The notes below the pieces were generated by a model, which saw only the letters and a program-made list of their open reading frames with translations, was not told the DNA's origin and searched no databases. From contig DASVCA010000025.1 in the NCBI GenBank assembly GCA_036381835.1, forward strand, positions 8,397 through 72,396: a stretch of 64,000 nucleotides of DNA. The letters are read 5' to 3'. Shown here piece after piece: positions 1 through 9,261 of the stretch. Both the position numbers and the translations under genes were made by a program. The stretch's first letter is position 1; the number at the start of each line of letters is the position of its first letter. This DNA comes from Micromonosporaceae bacterium (GTDB lineage Bacteria; Actinomycetota; Actinomycetes; Mycobacteriales; Micromonosporaceae).

Positions 1-1520
1 GGTTCGAGTCGGGCTCGATGCCGTTCGCCCAGGTGCACTATCCGTTCGAGAACAAGGACTGGTTCGAGCACCACTATCCGGGCGATTTCATCGTCGAGTA
101 CATCGGACAGACCCGCGGCTGGTTCTACACCATGCACGTGCTGGCCACCGCGCTGTTCGACCGACCCGCGTTCCGCAACTGCGTCAGTCACGGCATCCTG
201 CTCGGCGCGGACGGGCGCAAGATGTCCAAGAGCCTGTGCAACTACCCGGACGTGTACGAGGTGTTCGACACCTACGGCTCGGACGCGATGCGCTGGATGC
301 TGATCTCGTCGCCGGTGCTGCGCGGCGGCGACATGTCCGTCACCGAGGGTGCGATCCGGGACGCGGTACGGCAGGTGCTGCTGCCGCTGTGGAACGTCTG
401 GTACTTCTTCTCCCTCTACGCCAACGCGGAGGGCTATCAGGCGGTCCGGCGTACCGACAGCGATCACCTGCTCGACCGGTACGTGCTGGCCAAGACCGGT
501 GAGCTGGTGACCGACGTGACCGCCCGGATGGACGGGTACGACATCGCGGGCGCTTGCGCGAGCGTGCGGTCCTTCCTCGACGCCCTGACCAACTGGTACG
601 TGCGTCGCTCCCGGGACCGGTTCTGGTCCGGCGACCGGGCCGCCTTCGACACCCTCTACACGGTGCTGGAGACCCTGTGTCGCGTGATGGCACCGCTCGC
701 GCCGCTGACCACCGAGGAGATCTGGCGCGGGCTGACCGGTGAGCGGTCGGTGCACCTGACCGATTGGCCGGCCGCCACGGAGTTCCCGGCCGACCGTGAG
801 CTGGTCGGGGCGATGGACGCCATCCAGGAGGTGTGCTCGGCGGCGCTGTCGTTGCGCAAGGCCAAGGGACTGCGGGTGCGTCTGCCGCTCACGTCGCTGA
901 CCGTGGCCACACCCGACGCCGCCGCGTTGCGTCCGCTGGCCGATCTCGTCGCGGACGAGGTCAACGTCAAGTCGGTGTCGTTCACCGATGAGGTGGAGCG
1001 CTACTCGCGGCAGGTGCTCACCGTGGTACCGCGCGCGCTCGGGCCGCGTGTCGGGCCGGCCGTCCAGCAGGTGATCAAGGCGGTGAAGGCGGGCGACTGG
1101 TCCCTCGTCGACGGTGCGCCGGTCGCCGCCGGCGTCACGCTGCAGGAAGGCGAGTACGAGCTGCGGATGGTCGCGGCCGACGAGGAGAACTCGGCTCCGC
1201 TGCCCCGCAACGAGGGTGTGGTGGTGCTGGACACCGCCGTCACCCCGGAACTCGCGGCCGAGGGTCTGGCACGCGACGTGGTCCGCGTGGTGCAACAGGC
1301 CCGGCGGGAGGCCGGACTGAACATCGCGGACCGGATCGACGTGATGTTGGCCACATCGGACGAGGTGCGGGCCGCGGTCGAGGCGCACCGCGACTTCGTC
1401 GCGCGGGAGGTGCTCGCCCACTCGATCGCCTTCGCGCCCGAGGTCCGCGGGTTCGCCGGCGAGGTCGGGGAGAACGAGCCGGTTGCGGTGGCGGTTCGCC
1501 GGATCTCGGACGAACGTTAG
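1..1520 (+). CDS. ileS: isoleucine--tRNA ligase, C-terminal ~500 aa (5'-truncated by window edge)
   Basis: The frame is open from nt 3 ([17 protein letters not shown]...). It has the class I KMSKS loop (RKMSKSL) and the long IleRS anticodon-binding/C-terminal region. Confidence 0.95.
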   Translation, partial: FESGSMPFAQVHYPFENKDWFEHHYPGDFIVEYIGQTRGWFYTMHVLATALFDRPAFRNCVSHGILLGADGRKMSKSLCNYPDVYEVFDTYGSDAMRWMLISSPVLRGGDMSVTEGAIRDAVRQVLLPLWNVWYFFSLYANAEGYQAVRRTDSDHLLDRYVLAKTGELVTDVTARMDGYDIAGACASVRSFLDALTNWYVRRSRDRFWSGDRAAFDTLYTVLETLCRVMAPLAPLTTEEIWRGLTGERSVHLTDWPAATEFPADRELVGAMDAIQEVCSAALSLRKAKGLRVRLPLTSLTVATPDAAALRPLADLVADEVNVKSVSFTDEVERYSRQVLTVVPRALGPRVGPAVQQVIKAVKAGDWSLVDGAPVAAGVTLQEGEYELRMVAADEENSAPLPRNEGVVVLDTAVTPELAAEGLARDVVRVVQQARREAGLNIADRIDVMLATSDEVRAAVEAHRDFVAREVLAHSIAFAPEVRGFAGEVGENEPVAVAVRRISDER

Positions 1521-1577
1521 GCAGGTCATCGCCGCCGGGGTTTCCCCGGGGGGCGAGACCGGGCTGACCTACGATCG

Positions 1578-1604
1578 GGCGCGGCGGTGTCCTGCCGCCG
1601 CGCC
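1578..1604 (+). terminator. GC-rich stem-loop downstream of ileS
   Basis: 10-bp perfect stem GGCGCGGCGG / CCGCCGCGCC with 7-nt loop, 58 nt after the ileS stop. There is no U tract. Confidence 0.35.
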
Positions 1605-1635
1605 CGGCGATCCGGCGCTGATCAGGGGAGGCCGT

Positions 1636-2316
1636 GTGCCGCTGCTCTACACCATCGGGAAGCTCACCGTCGGGACCAGCCTGCGGGTGTTCTGGCGACC
1701 GGAGGTCGAGGGGCTGGAGTATGTTCCGGAGTCGGGTGGGGCCATCCTGGCCAGCAACCACCTCTCCGTCGCGGACGAGACGTTCCTCGGTGCGGTGGTG
1801 CCGAGGCACATCGCGTTCTGGGCGAAAGCCGAGTACTTCACCGGCACCGGTTTCCGTGGCTGGCTGACCAGGACCGTCCTCCAGGGCCTGGGGGCGATCC
1901 GGGTCGAGCGTGCCGGTGGACGCGCGGCGCTCGCGGCGTTCGACGCGGCCATTCCGGTGCTCAAGGCGGGTGACCTGGTCGCGATCTTCCCCGAGGGCAC
2001 CCGATCTGCGGACGGGCGGCTCTACCGGGGGCGGACCGGGGTGGCCCGGCTGGCGATGGCCGCCGGCGTGCCGGTGATTCCGGTGGGCGTGACCGGCACC
2101 GACAAGGTCCAGCCGATCGGTGCCCGGATGCCTCGGCTCGGCGCAGGCAAGGTCACCATCAGGTTCGGCAAGCCGATGGACTTCACGGACCGCCCCACCG
2201 ACCGGACCTCGCTTCGGCAGATCACCGACGAGATCATGGCGGAGATCCAGCAGCTCACCGGCCAGGAGTACGTCCCCCGGTACGCGCCCCCGCGCGGCAC
2301 CCCGAACACGCGCTGA
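1636..2316 (+). CDS. 1-acyl-sn-glycerol-3-phosphate acyltransferase family protein
   Basis: Acyltransferase motifs NHLSVADE (HX4D) and FPEGTRS. The GTG at 1636 is preceded by GGGGAGG. The track ORF start at 1483 overlaps ileS and is unlikely. Confidence 0.85.
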   Translation: MPLLYTIGKLTVGTSLRVFWRPEVEGLEYVPESGGAILASNHLSVADETFLGAVVPRHIAFWAKAEYFTGTGFRGWLTRTVLQGLGAIRVERAGGRAALAAFDAAIPVLKAGDLVAIFPEGTRSADGRLYRGRTGVARLAMAAGVPVIPVGVTGTDKVQPIGARMPRLGAGKVTIRFGKPMDFTDRPTDRTSLRQITDEIMAEIQQLTGQEYVPRYAPPRGTPNTR

Positions 2317-2383
2317 GCGCGCCGGTGGGAGGCAGACCTGCCTCCGCCCTCGCCGACACCCGGTCGCGTCATCCCCGTCCGGC

Positions 2384-3481
2384 TCAGTCCCGGGTGAGGA
2401 TCGCCGAGCGAAGCTTCTCCAGCAGCACGGCGCTGTCCTCGACCGACAGGCGGGTGAACAGCGCGGTCCCCAGGCTGCCGTGGTCGGCCCAGGCGCACGC
2501 CACCACGCCGGTGCCGTCGGCCCGGCCGGTGGCGCAGCTGACGTGTTCGCCGCGTCGGCCGGTGTCGAACACTCGGGCGGGCCCGAGCTCGTATTCGGGG
2601 GTCAGCCGGGTGATCTCGTGGTCGACGGCGGTGGCGGGGTCGAGTCGGAAGCCGGTCACGCCGAAGATCGTCACCTGTTTGCCCTGCGGCGTGACGTAGA
2701 TGCCGGCGAAGGTGTCCTCGGCGATCAGATGGGCGGCCCTCATCTGCCGTTCCAGCCGTTTCGCCGCTTCCTTGCCGCCCGGGTCGTCGCGCAGTCGTAG
2801 ATCGCCGATCTGCGCCGGCAGCGCGGCTGTCGCGGGGTATTGGTCGAAGATCGGCTTGCCGTAGTAGACCGGCAGCCCGCAGCAGCAGGCTACGGTGACC
2901 AGCGTCATCGTGAGCATGATCCACGGCCAGCGCCGGCGTCGACGTACCCGAATCGTGCCGGACGGCGGCTGCCCGCCGGGCGGTGGCCAGGCCGGCGCTA
3001 CTGGGGGCGGCGCAACTGGGGGCGGCGCGGCTACGGCCGGCGTGGGCGAGGTGTGGTGCGGCGGCGGTACGGCCGGGGCGGCCGGCGGCGGCGCGGGCTG
3101 GATCGGCGGCGCCGGATAAGGAAGAGTCGGCGGCAGTACCGGGTCAGCAGTCGGCTGATCGGCCCACGGGTCCACCGGCGGCAACTCCTCCGGGGGCACC
3201 CGCTCAGCGGCGGGTAGCTTGCGGGTGGGGTCGAGCGGGGGTCGGGTCCCGCCGTCGGGCAGTCGCCGCTTGTTCTCCGCCGGTGGCGAGGCCAGGCCCG
3301 TCCACCGGGGCGTGGCCACCCGGGTGGGGGCGACGTCCCCCGTCGGCATCTTGCGGGTGGCGTCGCCGGTCGAGCCGTCGGGGTCCGGTCCGGGATCCGG
3401 CGCGTCATCGGCTGCTGCCGCCGATCGACGCAGGGGTCTCGTCGACTGGTCCAGCGGCGAAGGGTCGTCCGCCTGCGCCAC
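2384..3481 (-). CDS. proline-rich membrane-anchored hypothetical protein
   Basis: This is the 3' third of the 1013-aa minus ORF. The GTG at 3481 is preceded by AAGGAGG. It has a long P/A-rich N-terminal region, one TM helix (WPWIMLTMTLVTVACCCGLPVYY) and a globular C-terminal domain. The rest of the track ORF is antisense to the radical-SAM gene. Confidence 0.6.
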   Translation of the reverse strand: MAQADDPSPLDQSTRPLRRSAAAADDAPDPGPDPDGSTGDATRKMPTGDVAPTRVATPRWTGLASPPAENKRRLPDGGTRPPLDPTRKLPAAERVPPEELPPVDPWADQPTADPVLPPTLPYPAPPIQPAPPPAAPAVPPPHHTSPTPAVAAPPPVAPPPVAPAWPPPGGQPPSGTIRVRRRRRWPWIMLTMTLVTVACCCGLPVYYGKPIFDQYPATAALPAQIGDLRLRDDPGGKEAAKRLERQMRAAHLIAEDTFAGIYVTPQGKQVTIFGVTGFRLDPATAVDHEITRLTPEYELGPARVFDTGRRGEHVSCATGRADGTGVVACAWADHGSLGTALFTRLSVEDSAVLLEKLRSAILTRD

Positions 3482-3682
3482 GATGTCCCTCCTTTCCGGT
3501 CGGTACAGACTAGATAGCGCGGGCCACCCGCCGTCGGAGGGCGTCGTCACCGCTCGCCGGCGCCTTGCCGTCCCGATCGTGATGGGGCGCGACAGGCCGC
3601 AGGACGCATCCGTGACGCCGCGGTCTGACCGAGGCGCTACGGTTGGTCTCGACCGCGTCTGTGCGTGTCCCAGGGAGGTTGG

Positions 3683-5626
3683 ATGAGCGTCGCTACGGTC
3701 TTCCCACAGCTTGAGCCGCTGTTGCCGCAGGTCGGTAAGCCGATTCAGTACGTCGGCGGCGAACTCGGCGCGGTGATCAAGGAGTGGGACAGTACGACGG
3801 TGCGCTGGGTGCTGATGTACCCGGACGCGTACGAGGTCGGGCTGCCCAACCAGGGCGTGCAGATCCTCTACGAGGTGCTCAACGAGCAGCCGGACGTGCT
3901 GGCCGAGCGGACGTATGCGGTCTGGCCGGACCTGGAGAAGCTCATGCGTGAGCACGGGGTCCCCCAGTTCACCGTCGACTCGCACCGCCCGGTCGGGGCG
4001 TTCGACCTGTTCGGGGTCTCCTTCGCCACCGAGCTGGGCTACACCAACCTGCTCACCGCGCTGGATCTGGCGGGCATTCCGCTGGAATCGCGGGACCGCG
4101 ACGAAAGCCACCCGGTGGTCATCGCCGGTGGTCACGCGGCCTTCAACCCGGAGCCGATCGCCGACTTCATCGACGCCGCGGTGCTCGGGGACGGTGAGGA
4201 AGCCGTACTGGAGATCACCGACATCGTCCGCGAGTGGAAAGCCGAGGGGCGGCCGGGCGGCCGGGACGAACTGCTGCTGCGCCTGGCCCGGACCGGGGGT
4301 GTCTACGTGCCCCGCTTCTACGACGTCGACTACCTGCCGGACGGGCGTATCCAACGGGTCGTGCCCAATCGGCCCGACGTCCCGTTCCGGGTGCACAAGC
4401 GCACCACCATGGACCTGGACCAGTGGCCCTATCCGAAGCGTCCCCTGGTCCCGCTCGCCGAGACGGTCCACGAGCGGTACGCGGTCGAGATCTTCCGGGG
4501 GTGCACCCGCGGCTGCCGGTTCTGCCAGGCCGGCATGATCACCCGACCGGTGCGAGAGCGGTCGATCACCACGGTCGGGGAGATGGTGCAGCAGGGCATC
4601 GACTACTCCGGCTTCTCCGAGGTCGGCCTGCTGTCGCTGTCCTCGGCCGACCACTCCGAGATCAAGGACATCTGTTCCGGACTCGCCGACCGGTACGACG
4701 GCAGCAACGTCTCGTTGTCGCTGCCGTCCACCCGGGTGGACGCGTTCAACGTCGAACTCGCCCAGGAACTGTCGCGTAACGGGCGGCGCACCGGTCTGAC
4801 GTTCGCGCCGGAAGGCGGCTCGGAGCGGATCCGCCGGGTGATCAACAAGATGGTGTCGGAGGATGACCTGATCCGCACCGTCGTCACCGCGTACAGCAAC
4901 GGCTGGCGGCAGGTGAAGCTCTACTTCATGTGCGGTCTGCCGACCGAGACCGACGAGGATGTGCTGCAGATCGCCCGCCTCGCACACGAGGTGATCCGGG
5001 TCGGTCGGGAGGTCACCGGCTCGAAGGACATTCGCTGCACGGTGTCGATCGGGGGGTTCGTGCCCAAGCCGCACACCCCGTTCCAGTGGGCGGCGATGGA
5101 GCGCCCGGAGGTGATCGACCGGCGGTTGAAGCTGCTCAAGGAGGCGATCAACGCCGACCGCTCGCTGGGCCGGGCGATCGGCTACCGGTACCACGACGGC
5201 GAGCCGTCGCTGATCGAGGGGCTGCTCTCCCGCGGCGACCGGCGTGTCGGCGCGGTCATCCGACGGGTCTGGGAGAAGGGCGGCCGGTTCGACGGCTGGC
5301 GCGAGTACTTCTCGTACGAGCGCTGGCTGGAGGCGGCGGCCGAGGTACTCCCGACCTTCGGGGTCGACCTCGACTGGTACACCACCCGAGAGCGGGAGGA
5401 GCACGAGGTCCTGCCGTGGGATCACCTCGACTCCGGCCTGGACAAGGACTGGCTCTGGCAGGACTGGCAGGACGCGCTCACCGAGTACGAGCAGGAAGAC
5501 TGCCGGTGGACGCCCTGTTTCGATTGCGGGGTCTGCCCCGCGATGGGCACCGAGATCCAGATCGGTCCCACCGGCAAGAAGCTGCTCCCGCTCACCCCGG
5601 TTAGCCGGACCCCGGCCGCTACCTGA
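3683..5626 (+). CDS. radical SAM protein with N-terminal B12-binding-like domain (TIGR03960-like, uncharacterised)
   Basis: CxxxCxxC cluster motif in FRGCTRGCRFCQAGM. The ATG at 3683 follows GGGAGG. Family assignment is from recalled similarity. Confidence 0.85.
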   Translation: MSVATVFPQLEPLLPQVGKPIQYVGGELGAVIKEWDSTTVRWVLMYPDAYEVGLPNQGVQILYEVLNEQPDVLAERTYAVWPDLEKLMREHGVPQFTVDSHRPVGAFDLFGVSFATELGYTNLLTALDLAGIPLESRDRDESHPVVIAGGHAAFNPEPIADFIDAAVLGDGEEAVLEITDIVREWKAEGRPGGRDELLLRLARTGGVYVPRFYDVDYLPDGRIQRVVPNRPDVPFRVHKRTTMDLDQWPYPKRPLVPLAETVHERYAVEIFRGCTRGCRFCQAGMITRPVRERSITTVGEMVQQGIDYSGFSEVGLLSLSSADHSEIKDICSGLADRYDGSNVSLSLPSTRVDAFNVELAQELSRNGRRTGLTFAPEGGSERIRRVINKMVSEDDLIRTVVTAYSNGWRQVKLYFMCGLPTETDEDVLQIARLAHEVIRVGREVTGSKDIRCTVSIGGFVPKPHTPFQWAAMERPEVIDRRLKLLKEAINADRSLGRAIGYRYHDGEPSLIEGLLSRGDRRVGAVIRRVWEKGGRFDGWREYFSYERWLEAAAEVLPTFGVDLDWYTTREREEHEVLPWDHLDSGLDKDWLWQDWQDALTEYEQEDCRWTPCFDCGVCPAMGTEIQIGPTGKKLLPLTPVSRTPAAT

Positions 5627-5695
5627 CCGTTCCGTCGCCGGTCGGGCCGTTGACCCGCCCGGACCGCGACCCCAACGTCATCGAGGAGCACGACC

Positions 5696-6469
5696 ATCAG
5701 TAGGAAGAATCAACCGGAAGGCGGACAGGCACCGGTCGTACAGCGCATTCGGATCCGTTACGCCAAGCGTGGCCGTCTTCGGTTCACGTCGCACCGTGAC
5801 TTCGCCCGGGCCTTCGAGCGGGCGCTGCGCCGGGCCGCGGTTCCCGTCGCCTACTCCCAGGGTTTCACCCCGCACCCGAAGATCTCGTACGCGACCGCAG
5901 CGCCGACCGGGGTGGCGAGTGAGGCGGAGTACCTGGAGATCGGCCTGCGCGAGCGGATGGAGCCGGAGACGGTACGCGCGGCGTTGGACGCCGCGCTCTC
6001 CCCGGGCCTCGACGTGGTCGAGGCCGTGGAGGCCGGTCCGGGCAGCCTGGCGGACCGGATCAACGCCTCACGCTGGCGGGTCGAGTTGTCCGGAGTCGAC
6101 CCGGATGCGCTGGAGAAGGCGGTTTCGGCCTTCCAATCCGCCGGTGAGGTGTTCGTCGAACGGCTGACCAAGCAGGGGCGTCGTACCGTTGACGTCCGGG
6201 GGCCGGTGGAGCACATCACAGCGCGCCCGTGCGAGCCACCTTCCGGGGCCATGGGCGCGCAGTGTGCGATACTTGACCTAGTCGTACGGCAGGTGACTCC
6301 GACCGTACGACCCGATGATGTCCTTTCGGGCCTTCGCGTGGTGGCCGACCTGGTGCCGCCGGTGCCGCCGCGTGCGACGCGGCTGGCGCAGGGCACGCTG
6401 ACCGCGCAGGGGGAGCTTGTGGATCCGTTGGACGCGGACCGCGGTGGGACAGTCATCGGTGACCGCTAG
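5696..6469 (+). CDS. radical SAM-associated protein (DUF2344 / TIGR03936-like); start codon unresolved
   Basis: Conserved N-terminal block QRIRIRYAKRGRLRFTSHRDFARAFERALRRAAVPVAYSQGFTPHPKISY lies upstream of the track ORF start (5912). There is no ATG, GTG or TTG in frame between the stop at 5651 and 5912. An ATC at 5696 sits 7 nt after GAGGAG. Confidence 0.7.
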   Translation: MSRKNQPEGGQAPVVQRIRIRYAKRGRLRFTSHRDFARAFERALRRAAVPVAYSQGFTPHPKISYATAAPTGVASEAEYLEIGLRERMEPETVRAALDAALSPGLDVVEAVEAGPGSLADRINASRWRVELSGVDPDALEKAVSAFQSAGEVFVERLTKQGRRTVDVRGPVEHITARPCEPPSGAMGAQCAILDLVVRQVTPTVRPDDVLSGLRVVADLVPPVPPRATRLAQGTLTAQGELVDPLDADRGGTVIGDR

Positions 6470-6603
6470 CCGCGTTCCGGCCGGCGGTCAGTAGCCAGAC
6501 TTCGGCGCAGGCGCATCTCGCGCACGCCGGAACATCTTTTCGGCAGTCCTGAGTGGCAGCGCTCACCCGCGCCCGGGGCAGCCAGAACTGGAGAGTACTT
6601 TTC

Positions 6604-9186
6604 ATGCTCCATATCGAGCCCGAGGGTGGGAACGGGACGGGTGCCGCACCTGTGACCGGTTCTTCCGACCGCACCGTCCCACCATCCGCCGACGCATCAG
6701 CCGTGGCTGTTCCGGCGGTTACTGCCGAAGCCGCGACCACCGAGGTCTCATCTGGGGCCGGGCCGACGTCGTCGAGCGACCCGGCACCGAAAACCCGACG
6801 TCAGCGTAGGAAGGTCACGCCGGGACCGGATTCCGACACGGTGGAGCCCGCCGGTGACGGGGCGGCGGCGAAGCCGGGCCGCAGCCGACGGAGGAAGACG
6901 GTGGAGCGGGCCGAGACGGTGCCGGAGGCCGCGACCGAATCGCCGGCGCCGGCCGCGGTTGTCATCACCCACGCGGCCGAGCCCGCAAGCACCGAATCAT
7001 CCGCGGACGAGACCCGTCAGCCGCGCCGCCGTGCCGTGCTCACCCCGCCCACAGTGCTGTTCATGGCGCCCGAACCGGATGTGATCGTACGGCGCCGGCC
7101 TGCCGCCGAAGCCGCTCCCACCGCCGAGGTCGGCGAGGAGCCGGCCGAGCCGTCCCGGCGCCGGCGGCGGGCCCGGCAGATCGCCGAACCGGCCGAGGAG
7201 GAGGAGGTTCTCAGCACCGGCGATGAGGAAGCCGAGCCGGTAGCGGCCGATGAGGCCGACGCCACGGACGAGTCGGTGTCCCGCCGCCGCCGGCGGCGGG
7301 GACGTCGCGGTCGAGGTCGCGGCAAGGGCGTGAGCGAGGAGATCGGGGAGGACGTCAACGAACCCGCCGCCGCAGCGCTGGACGTGGACGACGCTGCGGT
7401 CGAGGAGGTCGAGGAGACCGGCGAGGCGGAGGAGCCGACGGAGGCCGACGGGGGCGACGAGGAGGCCACGGTCACCCGGCGTCGTCGGCGCCGCCGTCGT
7501 CGCGGCGTGCCCGACGTCGAGGTCGAGGTCGCCGAGGACGGCGTGGAGACGGTTGTCAAGGTCCGTGAACCGCGTCGTGCGGTCGACGAAGTGCAGGGCG
7601 TTTCCGGTTCGACCCGGCTGGAGGCGAAACGACAGCGGCGCCGGGACGGCCGCGAACAGCGACGCACCCGTCCGCCCATTCTCAGCGAGGCGGAGTTCCT
7701 GGCCCGGCGAGAGGCTGTCGACCGGGTCATGGTGATCCGGCAACGCGACGACCTCACCCAGATCGCCGTGCTCGAAGACGGGGTGCTGGTGGAGCACTAC
7801 GTCAGCCGGGCCGACTCCAGCACCATGGCCGGCAACGTGTACCTGGGCAAGGTGCAGAACGTGCTGCCCAGCATGGAGGCGGCGTTCGTGGACATCGGCC
7901 GCGGACGCAACGCGGTGCTGTACGCCGGTGAGGTGAATTGGGAAGCCACCGGCTTGGAAGGGCGTGCCCGATCGATCGAGCAGGCGCTGAAGTCCGGTGA
8001 CTCGGTGCTGGTCCAGGTCACCAAGGATCCGATCGGCCACAAGGGCGCCCGGCTCACCAGTCACATCGCCCTGTCCGGTCGGCACCTGGTCTACGTGCCC
8101 AACGGGAACGCCTCCGGCATCAGTCGGAAGCTGCCGGACAACGAGCGCAGGCGGCTGCGCGACATCCTCAAGAAGCTGGTGCCGGACGGTGCCGGTGTGA
8201 TCGTACGGACCGCGGCAGAAGGCGCCACCGAGGATGAGCTGGCCCGCGACATCAAACGGCTGCAGGCGCAGTGGGAGGACATTCAGGCGAAAGCCACCCA
8301 AGGTGGCGCACCGGCCCTGCTGTACCAGGAACCGGATCTGGTCATCCGGGTGGTCCGCGACCTGTTCAACGAAGACTTCCGCGAGCTCGTCGTGCAAGGC
8401 GGCGAAGCGTACGACCTGGTGGAGTCGTACCTGACGCATGTTTCGCCCGACCTGGTGTCGCGGTTGCGTCGGCACGTCGGTGTCGCGGACGTCTTCGCGG
8501 AGAAGCGCATCGACGAGCAGCTCCTCAAGGCGTTGGACCGCAAGGTCTACCTGCCCTCGGGCGGTCATCTGGTGATCGACCGGACCGAGGCGATGACCGT
8601 GATCGACGTGAACACGGGCAAGTACACCGGCACCGGGGGCAACCTCGAGGAGACGGTCACCCGGAACAACCTGGAGGCCGCAGAGGAGATCGTCCGCCAG
8701 CTACGGTTGCGGGACATCGGCGGCATCATCGTCATCGACTTCATCGACATGGTGTTGGAGTCGAACCGCGAGTTGGTGCTGCGCCGGCTGACCGAGTGTC
8801 TCGGCCGAGACCGCACCAAGCATCAGGTCACCGAGATCACCTCGCTGGGGCTGGTGCAGATGACGCGTAAGCGAATCGGCGCGGGTCTGTTGGAGGCGTT
8901 CAGCGAGACCTGCGATTGCTGCAAGGGTCGGGGCGTGATCGTGCACACCGAGCCGTTGCCGCACCGATCCGGCACGGCCGACAAGGTCAAGGCGGTCGCC
9001 TCGGCGACGTCACGCGGGGAAAGCCGCAAGAGCCGGCAACGGGGAGAGTCGGCGCGAACCGGGAGTGAGGTCGCCGGCGACGATCGCGTGTCCGCCGCCG
9101 ACTCGGCGCAGCAGGCGGAACCGTCGGTGGCCGGGGTCGGCGCGGTGTCCGGATCGGTCGGGGCGGACGACCCGGAACCTGCGTAG
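6604..9186 (+). CDS. rne: ribonuclease E/G family endoribonuclease (RNase E)
   Basis: S1 domain (MAGNVYLGKVQNVLPSMEAAFVDIGRGRNAVLY) and catalytic core (GGIIVIDFIDM), flanked by Arg-rich and acidic disordered regions. The ATG at 6604 follows GGAGAG. Confidence 0.9.
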   Translation: MLHIEPEGGNGTGAAPVTGSSDRTVPPSADASAVAVPAVTAEAATTEVSSGAGPTSSSDPAPKTRRQRRKVTPGPDSDTVEPAGDGAAAKPGRSRRRKTVERAETVPEAATESPAPAAVVITHAAEPASTESSADETRQPRRRAVLTPPTVLFMAPEPDVIVRRRPAAEAAPTAEVGEEPAEPSRRRRRARQIAEPAEEEEVLSTGDEEAEPVAADEADATDESVSRRRRRRGRRGRGRGKGVSEEIGEDVNEPAAAALDVDDAAVEEVEETGEAEEPTEADGGDEEATVTRRRRRRRRRGVPDVEVEVAEDGVETVVKVREPRRAVDEVQGVSGSTRLEAKRQRRRDGREQRRTRPPILSEAEFLARREAVDRVMVIRQRDDLTQIAVLEDGVLVEHYVSRADSSTMAGNVYLGKVQNVLPSMEAAFVDIGRGRNAVLYAGEVNWEATGLEGRARSIEQALKSGDSVLVQVTKDPIGHKGARLTSHIALSGRHLVYVPNGNASGISRKLPDNERRRLRDILKKLVPDGAGVIVRTAAEGATEDELARDIKRLQAQWEDIQAKATQGGAPALLYQEPDLVIRVVRDLFNEDFRELVVQGGEAYDLVESYLTHVSPDLVSRLRRHVGVADVFAEKRIDEQLLKALDRKVYLPSGGHLVIDRTEAMTVIDVNTGKYTGTGGNLEETVTRNNLEAAEEIVRQLRLRDIGGIIVIDFIDMVLESNRELVLRRLTECLGRDRTKHQVTEITSLGLVQMTRKRIGAGLLEAFSETCDCCKGRGVIVHTEPLPHRSGTADKVKAVASATSRGESRKSRQRGESARTGSEVAGDDRVSAADSAQQAEPSVAGVGAVSGSVGADDPEPA

Positions 9187-9261
9187 CGGGACGGCGCATT
9201 GCCCGCCGGCGGCGCGTTGCGCCGCCGGCTAAGGTCGCAGCGGACGTGATTGGAGGACTGC

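Noticed and set aside
3482-5425. Upstream two-thirds of the 1013-aa minus-strand ORF (2384..5425).
   Set aside because: It is exactly antisense to the well-supported radical-SAM gene. Its translation is an Arg/Pro/Gly-rich shadow with no domains. A good SD plus GTG at 3481 defines a shorter real gene.
5624-5653. Radical-SAM/DUF2344 fusion by readthrough of two in-frame UGA codons.
   Set aside because: This would require suppression of two stops, and no SECIS-like or recoding signal is evident. The SD-spaced ATC start is the simpler explanation. It is kept only as an alternative in the finding.
6997-8568. 523-aa minus-strand ORF antisense to rne.
   Set aside because: It is a GC3-driven stop-free antisense frame. 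The translation is low-complexity (R/G/P/H rich), while the plus strand has unmistakable RNase E motifs.
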